From an uncultured delta proteobacterium (GTDB taxonomy: Bacteria > Desulfobacterota > WTBG01 > CAIYCZ01): a stretch of 64,000 nt of DNA. Below the pieces are notes generated by a model, which did not search any database, had not been told where the DNA came from, and saw only the letters and a list, made by a program, of their open reading frames with translations. The DNA lies in assembly GCA_963803975.1 (NCBI GenBank), contig CAWDOY010000009.1, positions 88,040 to 152,039 on the forward strand, in the 5' to 3' direction. A program made the position numbers and the translations under genes. Below, one piece after another: positions 55,279-64,000 of this stretch (position 1 is its first letter; the number at the start of each line of letters is the position of its first letter).

Positions 55279-55535
55279 TGCAGCCGTCTCGGGGAGGTTT
55301 CACGTTATGCACTGCACCACACGCAACCACATCCTGCAGAACGGTATATTGGCGTGTCACAAAGCATTATAAAAGCAGGCAGGCGGGGCACGGCCCTGTT
55401 CACCGGCACAGTATCGCTGGAGAACTTCGGCGGCTTTGCATCTGCAAGCTCAAGGTCAAAATTTTATTTATCATTTTTCATTTGAAATTCGTTTGGCATT
55501 TGAGCTTTGGTTTTTGACATTCACTTTTTTATTAT

Positions 55536-56492
55536 ATGTCAGCACCTGACAAGATTAAACTGGGAATAAGCTCCTGCCTGCTCGGCAACAACGTGCGCTA
55601 TGACGGCGGGCATGCCTGGGACCGGTTTCTGACCGACACCCTGGGGCAGTATGTTGCCTACGTGCCCGTCTGCCCGGAGGTTGAATGCGGCTTCAGCATT
55701 CCCCGCGAGGCGCTGCGCCTGGTCGGAAGCCCTGATGCGCCGCGACTGGTAACAGTCAAAAGCGGACAGGACCATACCGGGAGGATGCTTACCTGGGCGC
55801 GCGGCAAGGTTGAAGAGCTGGAGAAGGAACAGCTGTGCGGTTTTATCTTCAAAAGCAAATCGCCAAGCAGCGGCATGGAGCGGGTTAAAATATATGATGA
55901 GCATGGCGTTCCCGCAAAAAAAGGGGTGGGCCTGTTTGCCCGCGCCTTCATGGAGCACTTTCCCCTGCTGCCGGCGGAAGATGAGGGGCGGCTCCACGAC
56001 CCGGCTTTGCGTGAAAATTTCATCGAGCGCATCTTTACCTGCCAGCGCTGGCGGGAGGTAGTGCAGCAGAAAAAGAGTATCGGCGCGCTGGTCGCTTTTC
56101 ATACCCGGCACAAGCTTCTCATCCTCTCCCACAGCCCGAAACACTATCAGGCAATGGGCAAGCTGGTTGCCGCGGCACAGAAGAATGCGCTCTCCAGCCT
56201 CTATGACCAGTACCAGACCATGCTCATGGAAGCCCTGCGCATTAAGGCAACTGCCAGCAAACACAGCAATGTCCTGCAGCACATGATGGGATACTTTAAA
56301 GCTGAGCTCTCAGCTGATGAAAAACAGGAACTGCTGGAAACGATTGACCGCTATCGGCGGGGGCTGCTGCCGCTCATTGTGCCCGTAACGCTCATCAGCC
56401 ATTACGTGCGCAAATACGACCAGCCCTATCTGAAAGATCAATATTATCTCAACCCGCACCCGATAGAGCTTCAGTTGCGAAATCATGTGTAG
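55536..56492 (+). CDS. DUF523 + DUF1722 (YbbK/YbgA) protein
   Basis: GISSCLLGNNVRYDG, VCPEVE, KSPSSG, NVLQHMMGYF, YLKDQYYL. Confidence 0.9.
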   Translation: MSAPDKIKLGISSCLLGNNVRYDGGHAWDRFLTDTLGQYVAYVPVCPEVECGFSIPREALRLVGSPDAPRLVTVKSGQDHTGRMLTWARGKVEELEKEQLCGFIFKSKSPSSGMERVKIYDEHGVPAKKGVGLFARAFMEHFPLLPAEDEGRLHDPALRENFIERIFTCQRWREVVQQKKSIGALVAFHTRHKLLILSHSPKHYQAMGKLVAAAQKNALSSLYDQYQTMLMEALRIKATASKHSNVLQHMMGYFKAELSADEKQELLETIDRYRRGLLPLIVPVTLISHYVRKYDQPYLKDQYYLNPHPIELQLRNHV

Positions 56493-56521
56493 CGCTGCCC
56501 GGTAAAACAGAAGGAGAAGCT

Positions 56522-56959
56522 ATGCGCGAAGATATACAGGCTTTGATCTGCAGGAACAATCACTGCGTGCTTGCCACCGCGGTCGGCAACAGACCACATT
56601 GCTCTCTGATGTCCTACACTGCTGACCAGCAGGGCCGGGAACTCTACATGATCACGCTGAGAAACACGCAGAAGTTTGAGAACCTGCTCGCCAACCCTCA
56701 GGTGAGTGTTCTTATCGATACCCGGGAGCAAGATACCGGCAGCCGGAGAGGCCGGGCAAAAGCAGTGACTGTGAGCGGCGTATTTCAGTCAATAACTGAC
56801 CAGGGAAAAAAAGACTCAGTCCGCGCGCAGCTGGCAGCAGCGCACCCCCATCTGCAGGAGCTTGCCGCCCGCGCTGAGGCAGAACCATTTTCCATTATTG
56901 TGGAGTCTGTTTTACTGCTGGAGGGAGTTACGGAAGCCTATTTTGAAGAAGTGCGGTAA
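56522..56959 (+). CDS. Pyridoxamine 5'-phosphate oxidase family protein
   Basis: CVLAT...PHCSLM, TQKFENLLANPQVSVLID. Confidence 0.85.
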   Translation: MREDIQALICRNNHCVLATAVGNRPHCSLMSYTADQQGRELYMITLRNTQKFENLLANPQVSVLIDTREQDTGSRRGRAKAVTVSGVFQSITDQGKKDSVRAQLAAAHPHLQELAARAEAEPFSIIVESVLLLEGVTEAYFEEVR

Positions 56960-56987
56960 ACCATGTTGCGGAAAGCGGTGAGACCCT

Positions 56988-57908
56988 TCAGCCCAGAATA
57001 TTGTTCAGGGCTCCCCGTGCTGACGGGTAGTGAAATGCATAACCTGCCTGGAGAAGCCGTGCGGGCAGCGCCCGCTGCCCTGATAAAATAAGCTCGTCAG
57101 CCATTTCTCCCAGGGCCAGGTGCATGACAAAGCCCGGTACCGGCAGCCATGACGGCCGCCCCAGGGCAGTTCCCACCTCAACAAAGAAGTCTTTTGCGTT
57201 GAGCGGCTGCGGAGATGAAAGGTTGAAAGCGCCCTGCGCGGCATCCTGTTCCAGCAGGAAACAGATGGCGCTCACTTCATCCTCCATGTGGACCCATGAA
57301 AGCCATTGCCTGCCGCTTCCCATGCAGCCTCCCATGAAGAGTTTGAAAGGCAGCAGCACCCGTGAGAGAAATCCGCCGCCGCGGCCGAGCACGATCCCGG
57401 TGCGGATGATCGCGCGCCTCACCCCCAGCGCCTCAACCGGCTCCGTTGACTTTTCCCACTGTATTGCCACGTCACTTAAAAACCCGGTCCCGGCAGAAGA
57501 TGTCTCATCCAGCACCGTATCCCCGCGATTGCCGTAATAGCCGATCCCTGATGCCTGGATGACCACCCGGGGCTTGCGCGCTGACAGAGTTACCGCCTCT
57601 ACGATTGCCCTGCCTGCCGCAAGCCTGCTCTGTAGAATTGCCGTTTTCCGCGCCGGCGTCCACCTGCCGGCGGCGATATTTTCCCCGGCCAGATTGATGA
57701 TGCCGTATGCGCCGTCCACATAATGGCCCCATCCATTGGCGCTCCTTCCATCCCAGGCGACAACCTTAACCTGGCTGCTGTTGAAAGCTGCCGCTTTCCC
57801 CGGATTCCGGGAAAGCACGACAACGTGGTAATTTCTGGCAACCAGTTTTTTTACCAGTACTGTTCCGATGAAACCAGTGGCGCCGCTGATGATGACTGTT
57901 TGAGACAT
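56988..57908 (-). CDS. TIGR01777/YfcH-family NAD-dependent epimerase
   Basis: SGATGFIG, INLAGENI, ASGIGYYG, GSGRQWLSWVH. Confidence 0.9.
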   Translation of the reverse strand: MSQTVIISGATGFIGTVLVKKLVARNYHVVVLSRNPGKAAAFNSSQVKVVAWDGRSANGWGHYVDGAYGIINLAGENIAAGRWTPARKTAILQSRLAAGRAIVEAVTLSARKPRVVIQASGIGYYGNRGDTVLDETSSAGTGFLSDVAIQWEKSTEPVEALGVRRAIIRTGIVLGRGGGFLSRVLLPFKLFMGGCMGSGRQWLSWVHMEDEVSAICFLLEQDAAQGAFNLSSPQPLNAKDFFVEVGTALGRPSWLPVPGFVMHLALGEMADELILSGQRALPARLLQAGYAFHYPSARGALNNILG

Positions 57909-57994
57909 GGTCCTCGCTAAAAAGAGCTGTTCAGCATTCAGCTGTCAGCTTTCAGCATAAAAACATGGATGACTATAGCTGGACTGCTCCGAAG

Positions 57995-58591
57995 CTATTG
58001 CAGTGCTGAAGTGCCCGCTATAAGCAGCATGATGCCCTTGCGCACCATCATCACCCCGATTGCGGCAAGGATGAGGCTGGCAAGCTTTGATATGGTCCGG
58101 GTGCCTGCCCTGCCGAGCACCCGTATGATTGTATCGGCCAGCAGGAACACGATCCCGACGATGGCAATGTTGAAAACAATAGCAGCTACCGTCGGCACGG
58201 TGCCGTACTGGCTGCTGAGGAGAATGGTAGCGGTGAGCACTCCCGGCCCCACGATCAGCGGAACGCCCAGGGGAACCGCTCCCACCGAGTCCTGATCGAT
58301 CTGCAGCCGGCGCTTTTCCGACCCGATCAAATCGCTGAGGGAAATCACAAACAAAAGCGCCCCGCCGGCTATCATGAAATCAGCTACCGTGATGCCCAGA
58401 AGCGATAGAATGATGCGGCCGATAAAAAGAAACAAGAGCGCTACCACCATGGCGGTGATGACTGACTCAAATATGACGCGCCGGATCCGCGCCCTGTCCA
58501 GCCCCTGCGTCAGGCTGACAAAGAGCGGCAGAAGCCCCAGCGCATCCATTGCCACAAACAGGGGAACGAAACAGAGCCAGAAATTATTCAT
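57995..58591 (-). CDS. MarC family membrane protein
   Basis: PLFVAMD, FMIAGGALL, VPLGVPLIVGPG, ILAAIGV. Confidence 0.9.
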   Translation of the reverse strand: MNNFWLCFVPLFVAMDALGLLPLFVSLTQGLDRARIRRVIFESVITAMVVALLFLFIGRIILSLLGITVADFMIAGGALLFVISLSDLIGSEKRRLQIDQDSVGAVPLGVPLIVGPGVLTATILLSSQYGTVPTVAAIVFNIAIVGIVFLLADTIIRVLGRAGTRTISKLASLILAAIGVMMVRKGIMLLIAGTSALQ

Positions 58592-59823
58592 GGTGAGCTG
58601 CTTGATTGATTACACAAGAAGCGCTGCCGCAACTGTAGAAAAGGGCCTGCACCCGGCACGCAACCGCTATGCCTTTTCAAAGCCGAAGCGGTCAAAGATA
58701 TCTTCATAACGCGCCACGATCTGCTCGCGGGAAAGATTGAACTTTTCGAGCGAGTATTCATGCTTGCTTTTATATGAGCGGGCCTTTTCTTCCTCGCGCT
58801 GAATAATCTTATTAAAAGCAGGCGATAGCTCAAAGCCGAAGCTTTGTATAGATGTCGATCACCGCTTGCGCGGGACGCGTTACCAGTGCCTGGTAGGTGA
58901 TCACCTGCTGCCGCTCAGCGGGCATCCGGTCAAGACGGGTGAGCGGGTAGCGATAATAACAGTCCAGCATCTTCATCTGCAGGTCAAGAAACGGGCAGGG
59001 CTCTATCGGGCTGAGAAAGGTATTGAAATAAAAGGTCAGCAGGCTGACTGCCGAAGGCACTGTTTCAAACGGGGTGCGTGCCATGCAGATGAATTTCGCA
59101 TCGGGAAATGTTTCATTCAGCGACCCCACCATGGCGCTGAACAGGGGGTTCTTTGACAGAAAGCGCTTTTCTCTCCCGAACACGTACAGATGGTTCTGCA
59201 CGCAGCGCTGGTAAAAGGCCATGATTTTCCCCCGCTGCGCAGCATCCTTCATCTCCGGGTCCAGAAGAATGTACGGCCACAGATCATCCAGAAACGGCAG
59301 CACAAAGCCGAGGAACGCCGATGAAAAAATATGCAGCAGGATAATGCCGTCTTCCTCTGCCTCGAACAGGCTGATCGGATGTATCTTTGCCAGGTTTTTA
59401 AGAGACCGTTTTTCCAATGCCCGTATCAGCCGGTAGAGCGGGCTGCCGCAGAGCGCATCAAGGGCGCCGATGGTGTTATAAAATTTTTTCTGGATAATTG
59501 ACGGGGCAAACAGGATTTCCCAGAACTTCATGGACGTGAACTGTTCTTCATCCCGGGCCAGGAGGCGATGGAGGAAGGTGGTCCCGCTGCGCGGCACCCC
59601 GACGATAAAAACCGGCTCACGGATTAGCAGGTTCCGGCAGTCCCCGGAACAGAATGCTGTCCAGCAGAAAACCGAGCCAGTTGGTTATCTCCACCGCGCC
59701 GTAGAGAACTGCCATCAGCAGCAAAATAAAGATGCGCTTGGGGGTAAGCCGCGCATTGGTGCCGCGGGTGTGAAACAGTGTCCGGTATGCCAGACGGAAG
59801 AACAGTTTAAAATTGAACGCCAT
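58588..59823 (-). CDS. PAPS-dependent sulfotransferase; frameshifts near 59630 and 58835
   Basis: PVFIVGVPRSGTTFLHRLL (5'-PSB motif), LSKNP, R.P....S; C-terminal H.YSLEKF in a shifted frame. Confidence 0.85.
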
Positions 59824-59860
59824 GGAAACAAAACGCCTTTCACTAAAAACAGGAGCTGCG

Positions 59861-60832
59861 CTAAATCTGATCTCCCGGTTTCCAGTCGTAAATCAGGGCG
59901 GGGTTATGTATGTAGCGTATGAAGTTTTCATAAAACGGGAACCCCTCTCCCGCGTCAAACGCCCGGTGGTCCATGTTGCACATGATTGACATGACGCTGC
60001 GCACCACTATTTTCCCGTCAATGACCAGCGGCGCCTCGTGAAGGTCCCCGATCCCCAGAAAGAATACCTCCGGAGGTATGATCACGGTTACCGTCTGCAC
60101 GCCGGGCAGCATCATGCCGATATTTGCCAGGGTGCAGGTTGCGCCGAGGATGTCTTCCGGCTGGAGCTTGTCTTTTTCCGGCACCTTGTCGGTTTCCGGG
60201 TCCTTCGCGATGCCGGTCAGGAACCGGGCCCGCAAATACACCAGCAGCGTGTACAGCCCGCTCAGGTCAAACTCCCGCAGCGCAGTCCGGATAAGCACTT
60301 TCGCTGCCTTGTGATAGAGTTCGTCCTGGTTGGTCCGGCGCGCCTTTCTGGTTAAAACGCGCATCTCCTGCGCCACGGTCTCCAGGTCCTTCTGGTGCGG
60401 GTTGCGGAGAATGGGGCGCACAACGCCCGTGGGCGTGCTCACGGTGAAGCTGAGATTGATATCTTCGGCGTGATACAGCGTGCCGCCATGGGCAAGCGGA
60501 CGGTAGTCAAGAAACCCGTTCAGGCAGGGCACATGGTGCAGGCTGTGCGCATAGGCTTTAAGGAAAAAGGCGGAAAAATTTTTCCGGATGGCGCGCCGGA
60601 ACAGGCGCTTTTCCTGGCTTTCTCCGGGGACAGCGGCAAGGTCACTTTCAGAGTCCTTAGCGTATTCCACCAGCGGGGTGACATCGATCTGCATAATCAT
60701 CGCCGCGTGGGGAATTGTCCGTGCGGCTTCCGATAAAAGGTAGGCAACGCTCTCGCGCAGCAGACCGAAGCGCTTTGCTTCCCGGACCTTGACATGCTGC
60801 AGCTGATAGGCAATCTTGTAGGGCTTGAACAT
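59861..60832 (-). CDS. Stand-alone 2-oxoacid dehydrogenase E2-type acyltransferase catalytic domain (no lipoyl domain)
   Basis: IPH, IDVTPL, INLSFTVSTPTGVVRP, TLANIG, DHRAFD. Confidence 0.82.
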   Translation of the reverse strand: MFKPYKIAYQLQHVKVREAKRFGLLRESVAYLLSEAARTIPHAAMIMQIDVTPLVEYAKDSESDLAAVPGESQEKRLFRRAIRKNFSAFFLKAYAHSLHHVPCLNGFLDYRPLAHGGTLYHAEDINLSFTVSTPTGVVRPILRNPHQKDLETVAQEMRVLTRKARRTNQDELYHKAAKVLIRTALREFDLSGLYTLLVYLRARFLTGIAKDPETDKVPEKDKLQPEDILGATCTLANIGMMLPGVQTVTVIIPPEVFFLGIGDLHEAPLVIDGKIVVRSVMSIMCNMDHRAFDAGEGFPFYENFIRYIHNPALIYDWKPGDQI

Positions 60833-61170
60833 TTCCCGGAACTTTCTATGCTGGGTTTCTGTTTATATACGTTTGTAGAATAAAGGTCTTTAAGCTGTCA
60901 AGGGAAAACCATTGTCTTCCCCTGCCGACTTCATATAAATAACTGTTCAGCGCACTAAACTTTATTTTTTTTCGCTGAAATTGTGTTATACTTTGTGCAA
61001 AAGCGTTGAACTGAAATCCGCTCCATGGATTAAAATACCCGAACATTTTAAACGTTCTGTTTCAATCTGTCAGGCCCTTTGAAAATCCCGGCATTATAAT
61101 CAGAACAAACTTCCCGCAGGCACATCGGGAGCGATTTATATTCATCACCAAAGGAGGAACATAACGACCC

Positions 61171-62283
61171 ATGAACAGGCAAACCATCACCGTAGTCGGT
61201 GCCAACGGCTTTATCGGCAGCAGGCTTATCGCCGAGGCGCTGCTTAACAATACCCGCGTCATCGGGCTGGCCCGCAAAAAACGCAAGCAGGCACCGGAGA
61301 AGAGAGTGTTCGATGAGCTTGAAGATAACCTCAGCCAGGAGCAGATCGAGCAGTACCGGGGAAATCTCACCATCTATGACTATGACATCAATGAGCCGCA
61401 GATCGGCCTCTCTGATGCGGCCCTTAAAGACATACTTGATTCCAGCCGCAATATTTTTAATTGCGTGGGGGATACCACGTTCTTCCCGCGCGACAAGGAG
61501 AAGCTGTTCGATACCAACATAAACGGCCCCGCCTCCCTCGTTGAAGTGCTGTGCCGGAATAAAGCGGTGTTTCATCACGTGAGCACTGCCTATGTCTCCG
61601 GAAGCCGCTCAGGAGTGATTTTAGAGTCTGAGCTTGATGTGGGGCAGCGCTTTAAAAACCCCTACGAGGAGAGCAAATGCCTGGGTGAGAAGAAAGTTCA
61701 CGAGGTATGCGCCCGTCAATCGGTTCCCTACAATGTTTTCCGGCCGAGCATTGTCATCAGAAAACACGCCATTCCCGGCAAGACGCCGCATCTCAACCAC
61801 TTTTATCTGTTCTTCAGCGTACTGGATAACCTGCACCGGGATATTGAGAAGCAGTCAACGGTCATGAGTGACGGCTATTATCATGTTCCGGTCCGGTTTC
61901 TCGGCTCTACAAAATCAACCCTTAACTTTGTGGATCTTGATTTCTGCTGCCAGGCGCTGTTCCACATCGGCATAAAACAGCATGACGGAAATAAAACCTA
62001 TCATCTCACCAATCCCCGGCCCATGCTGAATGCTGATTTTATGAATGCCATCATGGAGATCTATAAAATCAGAGGCTTCACGGACGTGGAGAACCGCGCG
62101 GATTTCACCAATCTCAACGCCCACGAGAAGATGATCCAGACCTGGCTGTCAAATTATAATGATTACTTTTTTATAAACCCGGTCTTTGATACCGCGAATG
62201 TGCTGGCCGGACTGCAGGGCACCGCCATCAGCCACCCTGTTTTCAACCAGGACTACATTGCCCGTGCAATAGGGCGTTTGTAA
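61171..62283 (+). CDS. Extended SDR, fatty acyl-CoA/thioester reductase-like (NAD_binding_4)
   Basis: GANGFIG, HVSTAYVSG, YEESK, FRPSIV. Confidence 0.82.
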   Translation: MNRQTITVVGANGFIGSRLIAEALLNNTRVIGLARKKRKQAPEKRVFDELEDNLSQEQIEQYRGNLTIYDYDINEPQIGLSDAALKDILDSSRNIFNCVGDTTFFPRDKEKLFDTNINGPASLVEVLCRNKAVFHHVSTAYVSGSRSGVILESELDVGQRFKNPYEESKCLGEKKVHEVCARQSVPYNVFRPSIVIRKHAIPGKTPHLNHFYLFFSVLDNLHRDIEKQSTVMSDGYYHVPVRFLGSTKSTLNFVDLDFCCQALFHIGIKQHDGNKTYHLTNPRPMLNADFMNAIMEIYKIRGFTDVENRADFTNLNAHEKMIQTWLSNYNDYFFINPVFDTANVLAGLQGTAISHPVFNQDYIARAIGRL

Positions 62284-62309
62284 AAATAATCCTTTTATTT
62301 ACTGCTATT

Positions 62310-62350
62310 AAGAAGGGACGTGCAGATACTATGCTGCACGTCCCTTCTTT
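62310..62350 (+). terminator. Intrinsic terminator
   Basis: AAGAAGGGACGTGCAG-loop-CTGCACGTCCCTTCTT. Confidence 0.8.
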
Positions 62351-62474
62351 CTATGCGTTTCATCAAAACGATCACCTGTATTTTTTCTCTTTCTATGCAT
62401 AGTATCATCATCCCTTTATTTTAGTTTGGCTATGAAGCTATGAAATACTTAAAATAATCAGCATAAAAAACCAA

Positions 62475-62502
62475 TTGCATCATATAACATATATGTTATA
62501 AT
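62475..62502 (+). promoter_or_regulatory. TA promoter overlapped by a perfect 18-bp operator palindrome
   Basis: TTGCAT...TATAAT with TATAACATATATGTTATA at 62483-62500. Confidence 0.75.
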
Positions 62503-62511
62503 ACATCCTGT

Positions 62512-62868
62512 ATGGAATGGACTGTCGAATTTTACCGGGATATTTATCATAGAGAGCCTGCCGCAGAATTTATGGATTCTTTGCCCGTTGTTGCAAGGGC
62601 AAAAGTAGTGCGGCTGCTAAACCTGCTGGCTGAATATGGTGTGTTGCTCAAGGAACCATACACAAAACAGGTGCGGGGCAAACTGAGAGAACTGCGGATA
62701 ACAGACCAGATGGGGGCCATCCGGGTACTATATTTCGGCTTCACGGGCCGGCGCCTAATTTTATTACATGGATTCATAAAGAAGACAGACAAAATACCAC
62801 GGAGAGAAATAGAAGTTGCAGAAAAACGAATGACAGACTTTATAAAACGATATGGAGATAAACAATGA
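62512..62868 (+). CDS. higB: RelE/HigB-family (Gp49-like) toxin
   Basis: WTVEFY, EPYTK, LRELR, RVLYF, ILLHGFIKKT. Confidence 0.88.
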   Translation: MEWTVEFYRDIYHREPAAEFMDSLPVVARAKVVRLLNLLAEYGVLLKEPYTKQVRGKLRELRITDQMGAIRVLYFGFTGRRLILLHGFIKKTDKIPRREIEVAEKRMTDFIKRYGDKQ

Positions 62869-63158
62869 GAGGAAGGACTTTAAAAGAATATTCAGCGGAA
62901 CAAATGAAGAACCCGGAGTTTAAAAGAGCATGGAAAGACCTTGATCAGGAATTTATGCTTTTAGAGAGCATGATTCGCATGAGAGAAAAGGCAGGAATAA
63001 CGCAAAAAGAACTTGCAGTAAAAATAGGGACAAAGCAGCCAGCCCTTTCCAGGCTTGAACGAGGTGGATTCAGAAAAGCTTCTGTTGAGACTTTGAAAAA
63101 GATTGCTGACGCTCTTGATGCCCAGCTGGTGATAAAACTGCATCCAAAACGAAGCTGA
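62865..63158 (+). CDS. higA: XRE HTH antitoxin
   Basis: REKAGITQKELA..IGTKQPALSRLE; ATGA overlap with the toxin. Confidence 0.88.
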   Translation: MRGRTLKEYSAEQMKNPEFKRAWKDLDQEFMLLESMIRMREKAGITQKELAVKIGTKQPALSRLERGGFRKASVETLKKIADALDAQLVIKLHPKRS

Positions 63159-63360
63159 GTCGAGCCCTGGGGTTAATTAATTAAGTGAACATAAAAAAGA
63201 GGCATTGCCTCGGGACGGAACCCTTTGGTTTGCCTCTCATCGTGATTCTGCTTATATATGTCGTTATTTTATAAAAAAAGCCAAGCTTTTCTTTTCAGTT
63301 GTCTGGGCATGAACTTTTATCCCTACTGCGTCGTATAAACTCCCCTGAATTATGTAGCAG

Positions 63361-64000
63361 TTAATCCACCTTGATCCCCAGACCCTGCAGCAGATACCCT
63401 CGTTTGATCCCCATAACAATAATATCAATATCCATCTGCAGCGTTAGGCTGCCTTTCGCCTGTACCTCATGAAGATACGTAATTACTGCATCCAGCTCTT
63501 TTGCTGAGACAGTTGCTTCACCAGCATTTATCCATGCTTCTGCCACCGCAAGGTTTCCGCGCACCAGGTCCCTGAACTTCTCTTGCAGTGCCGGATTTTG
63601 TTCAAGGATAGCGCTGATCTCCTCTGCATTGCGATAATACATGGATGCCAGATATGTCCCATCACTATTGTCGAACAAGATGTTTCTGAGCAGCCGTATG
63701 GTATCAACAGCCTCACTATTATCTAAAGACTGAATAAAGATGCAGCGGGATTTTACTGTTATGTAGCTGTCTTTTGCTTTGCTGTCCTGTGTGTCATTTC
63801 TACCGAAAACCTTTAATATGACTGAATAGGTGCCTTTCTTTTTATATATATGTACCGGGTCTTTCTGACCGCTCTCCTGGCCGTCCCCAAAATACCACAG
63901 GTATGTAACGATATCTCCCTGGCTCAGGTTTGTAAAACTAACGGTCAGCTGCCGATAACCCTCTGTCGGGCTGGCAGTAAAATCTGCTACGACCTGTCCC
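63361..64000 (-). CDS. 3' end of a surface protein: PKD domain plus CFI-box-CTERM-like tail (5' truncated by window)
   Basis: Open frame from the window edge: VADFTASPTEG..LTVSFTNLS..YLWYFGDG..PVHIY..GTYSV, then CIF...IRLLRN...G..LASMYY. Confidence 0.8.
   Translation of the reverse strand, partial: GQVVADFTASPTEGYRQLTVSFTNLSQGDIVTYLWYFGDGQESGQKDPVHIYKKKGTYSVILKVFGRNDTQDSKAKDSYITVKSRCIFIQSLDNSEAVDTIRLLRNILFDNSDGTYLASMYYRNAEEISAILEQNPALQEKFRDLVRGNLAVAEAWINAGEATVSAKELDAVITYLHEVQAKGSLTLQMDIDIIVMGIKRGYLLQGLGIKVD

Noticed and set aside
5096..59823. More than 20 frameshifts (lpxB, lpxK, pagL, uvrD, RNB, SpoIID, GT2, WD40, CoA-transferase, radical SAM, PBP, rodA, pgm, thrC, uvrC, sulfotransferase) as pseudogenisation or programmed frameshifting
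   Set aside because: They are mostly isolated single-base insertions with no shared slippery motif, they hit essential genes, and the flanking protein sequence is undecayed. This fits long-read consensus error; read polishing would confirm.
63185..63245. Minus-strand GGCAAACC... as a c-di-GMP-I riboswitch
   Set aside because: Lacks the GAAA tetraloop/GACGCAAAG and second stem, lies 3' of genes, and reads better as a terminator (GAGGCA...TGCCTC-T6)

Overview
A 64-kb stretch of bacterial chromosome (roughly mid-50s % GC by eye) whose gene content and repeats suggest Desulfobacterota/deltaproteobacteria. It opens with a bamA-skp-lpxD-fabZ-lpxA-gnnA-lpxB-msbA-waaA-lpxK-pagL envelope operon. Housekeeping genes follow: uvrD/pcrA, an RNase II-family gene, clpSA, mntH, pgm, sixA, mutM, rlmKL, obg, thrC and uvrC. 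More than 20 single-base frameshifts, many in essential genes, look like uncorrected long-read errors rather than biology. There are AT-rich accessory patches at 18.8-21.6 kb (triplicated clpS promoter, RAYT and MNT remnants, hicBA, an integron-type cassette without integrase), 35.6-36.7 kb (orphan FitA, IS605-type end, DUF5678 + aspartyl protease) and 62.5-63.2 kb (higBA). Intergenic gaps carry several nested palindromic repeat families; one lies in the same orientation just upstream of start codons. Best candidates for undescribed systems: (i) a non-canonical PlsY-like membrane protein coupled to an RPH-type dikinase; (ii) a lipoyl-less E2-type acyltransferase + sulfotransferase + acyl-CoA-reductase-like SDR; (iii) a B12 radical SAM-PBP-RodA cluster; (iv) a secreted CXXCH + split-barrel flavoprotein fusion. 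No rRNA, tRNA or CRISPR array was seen. All assignments come from reading motifs, not from database searches.
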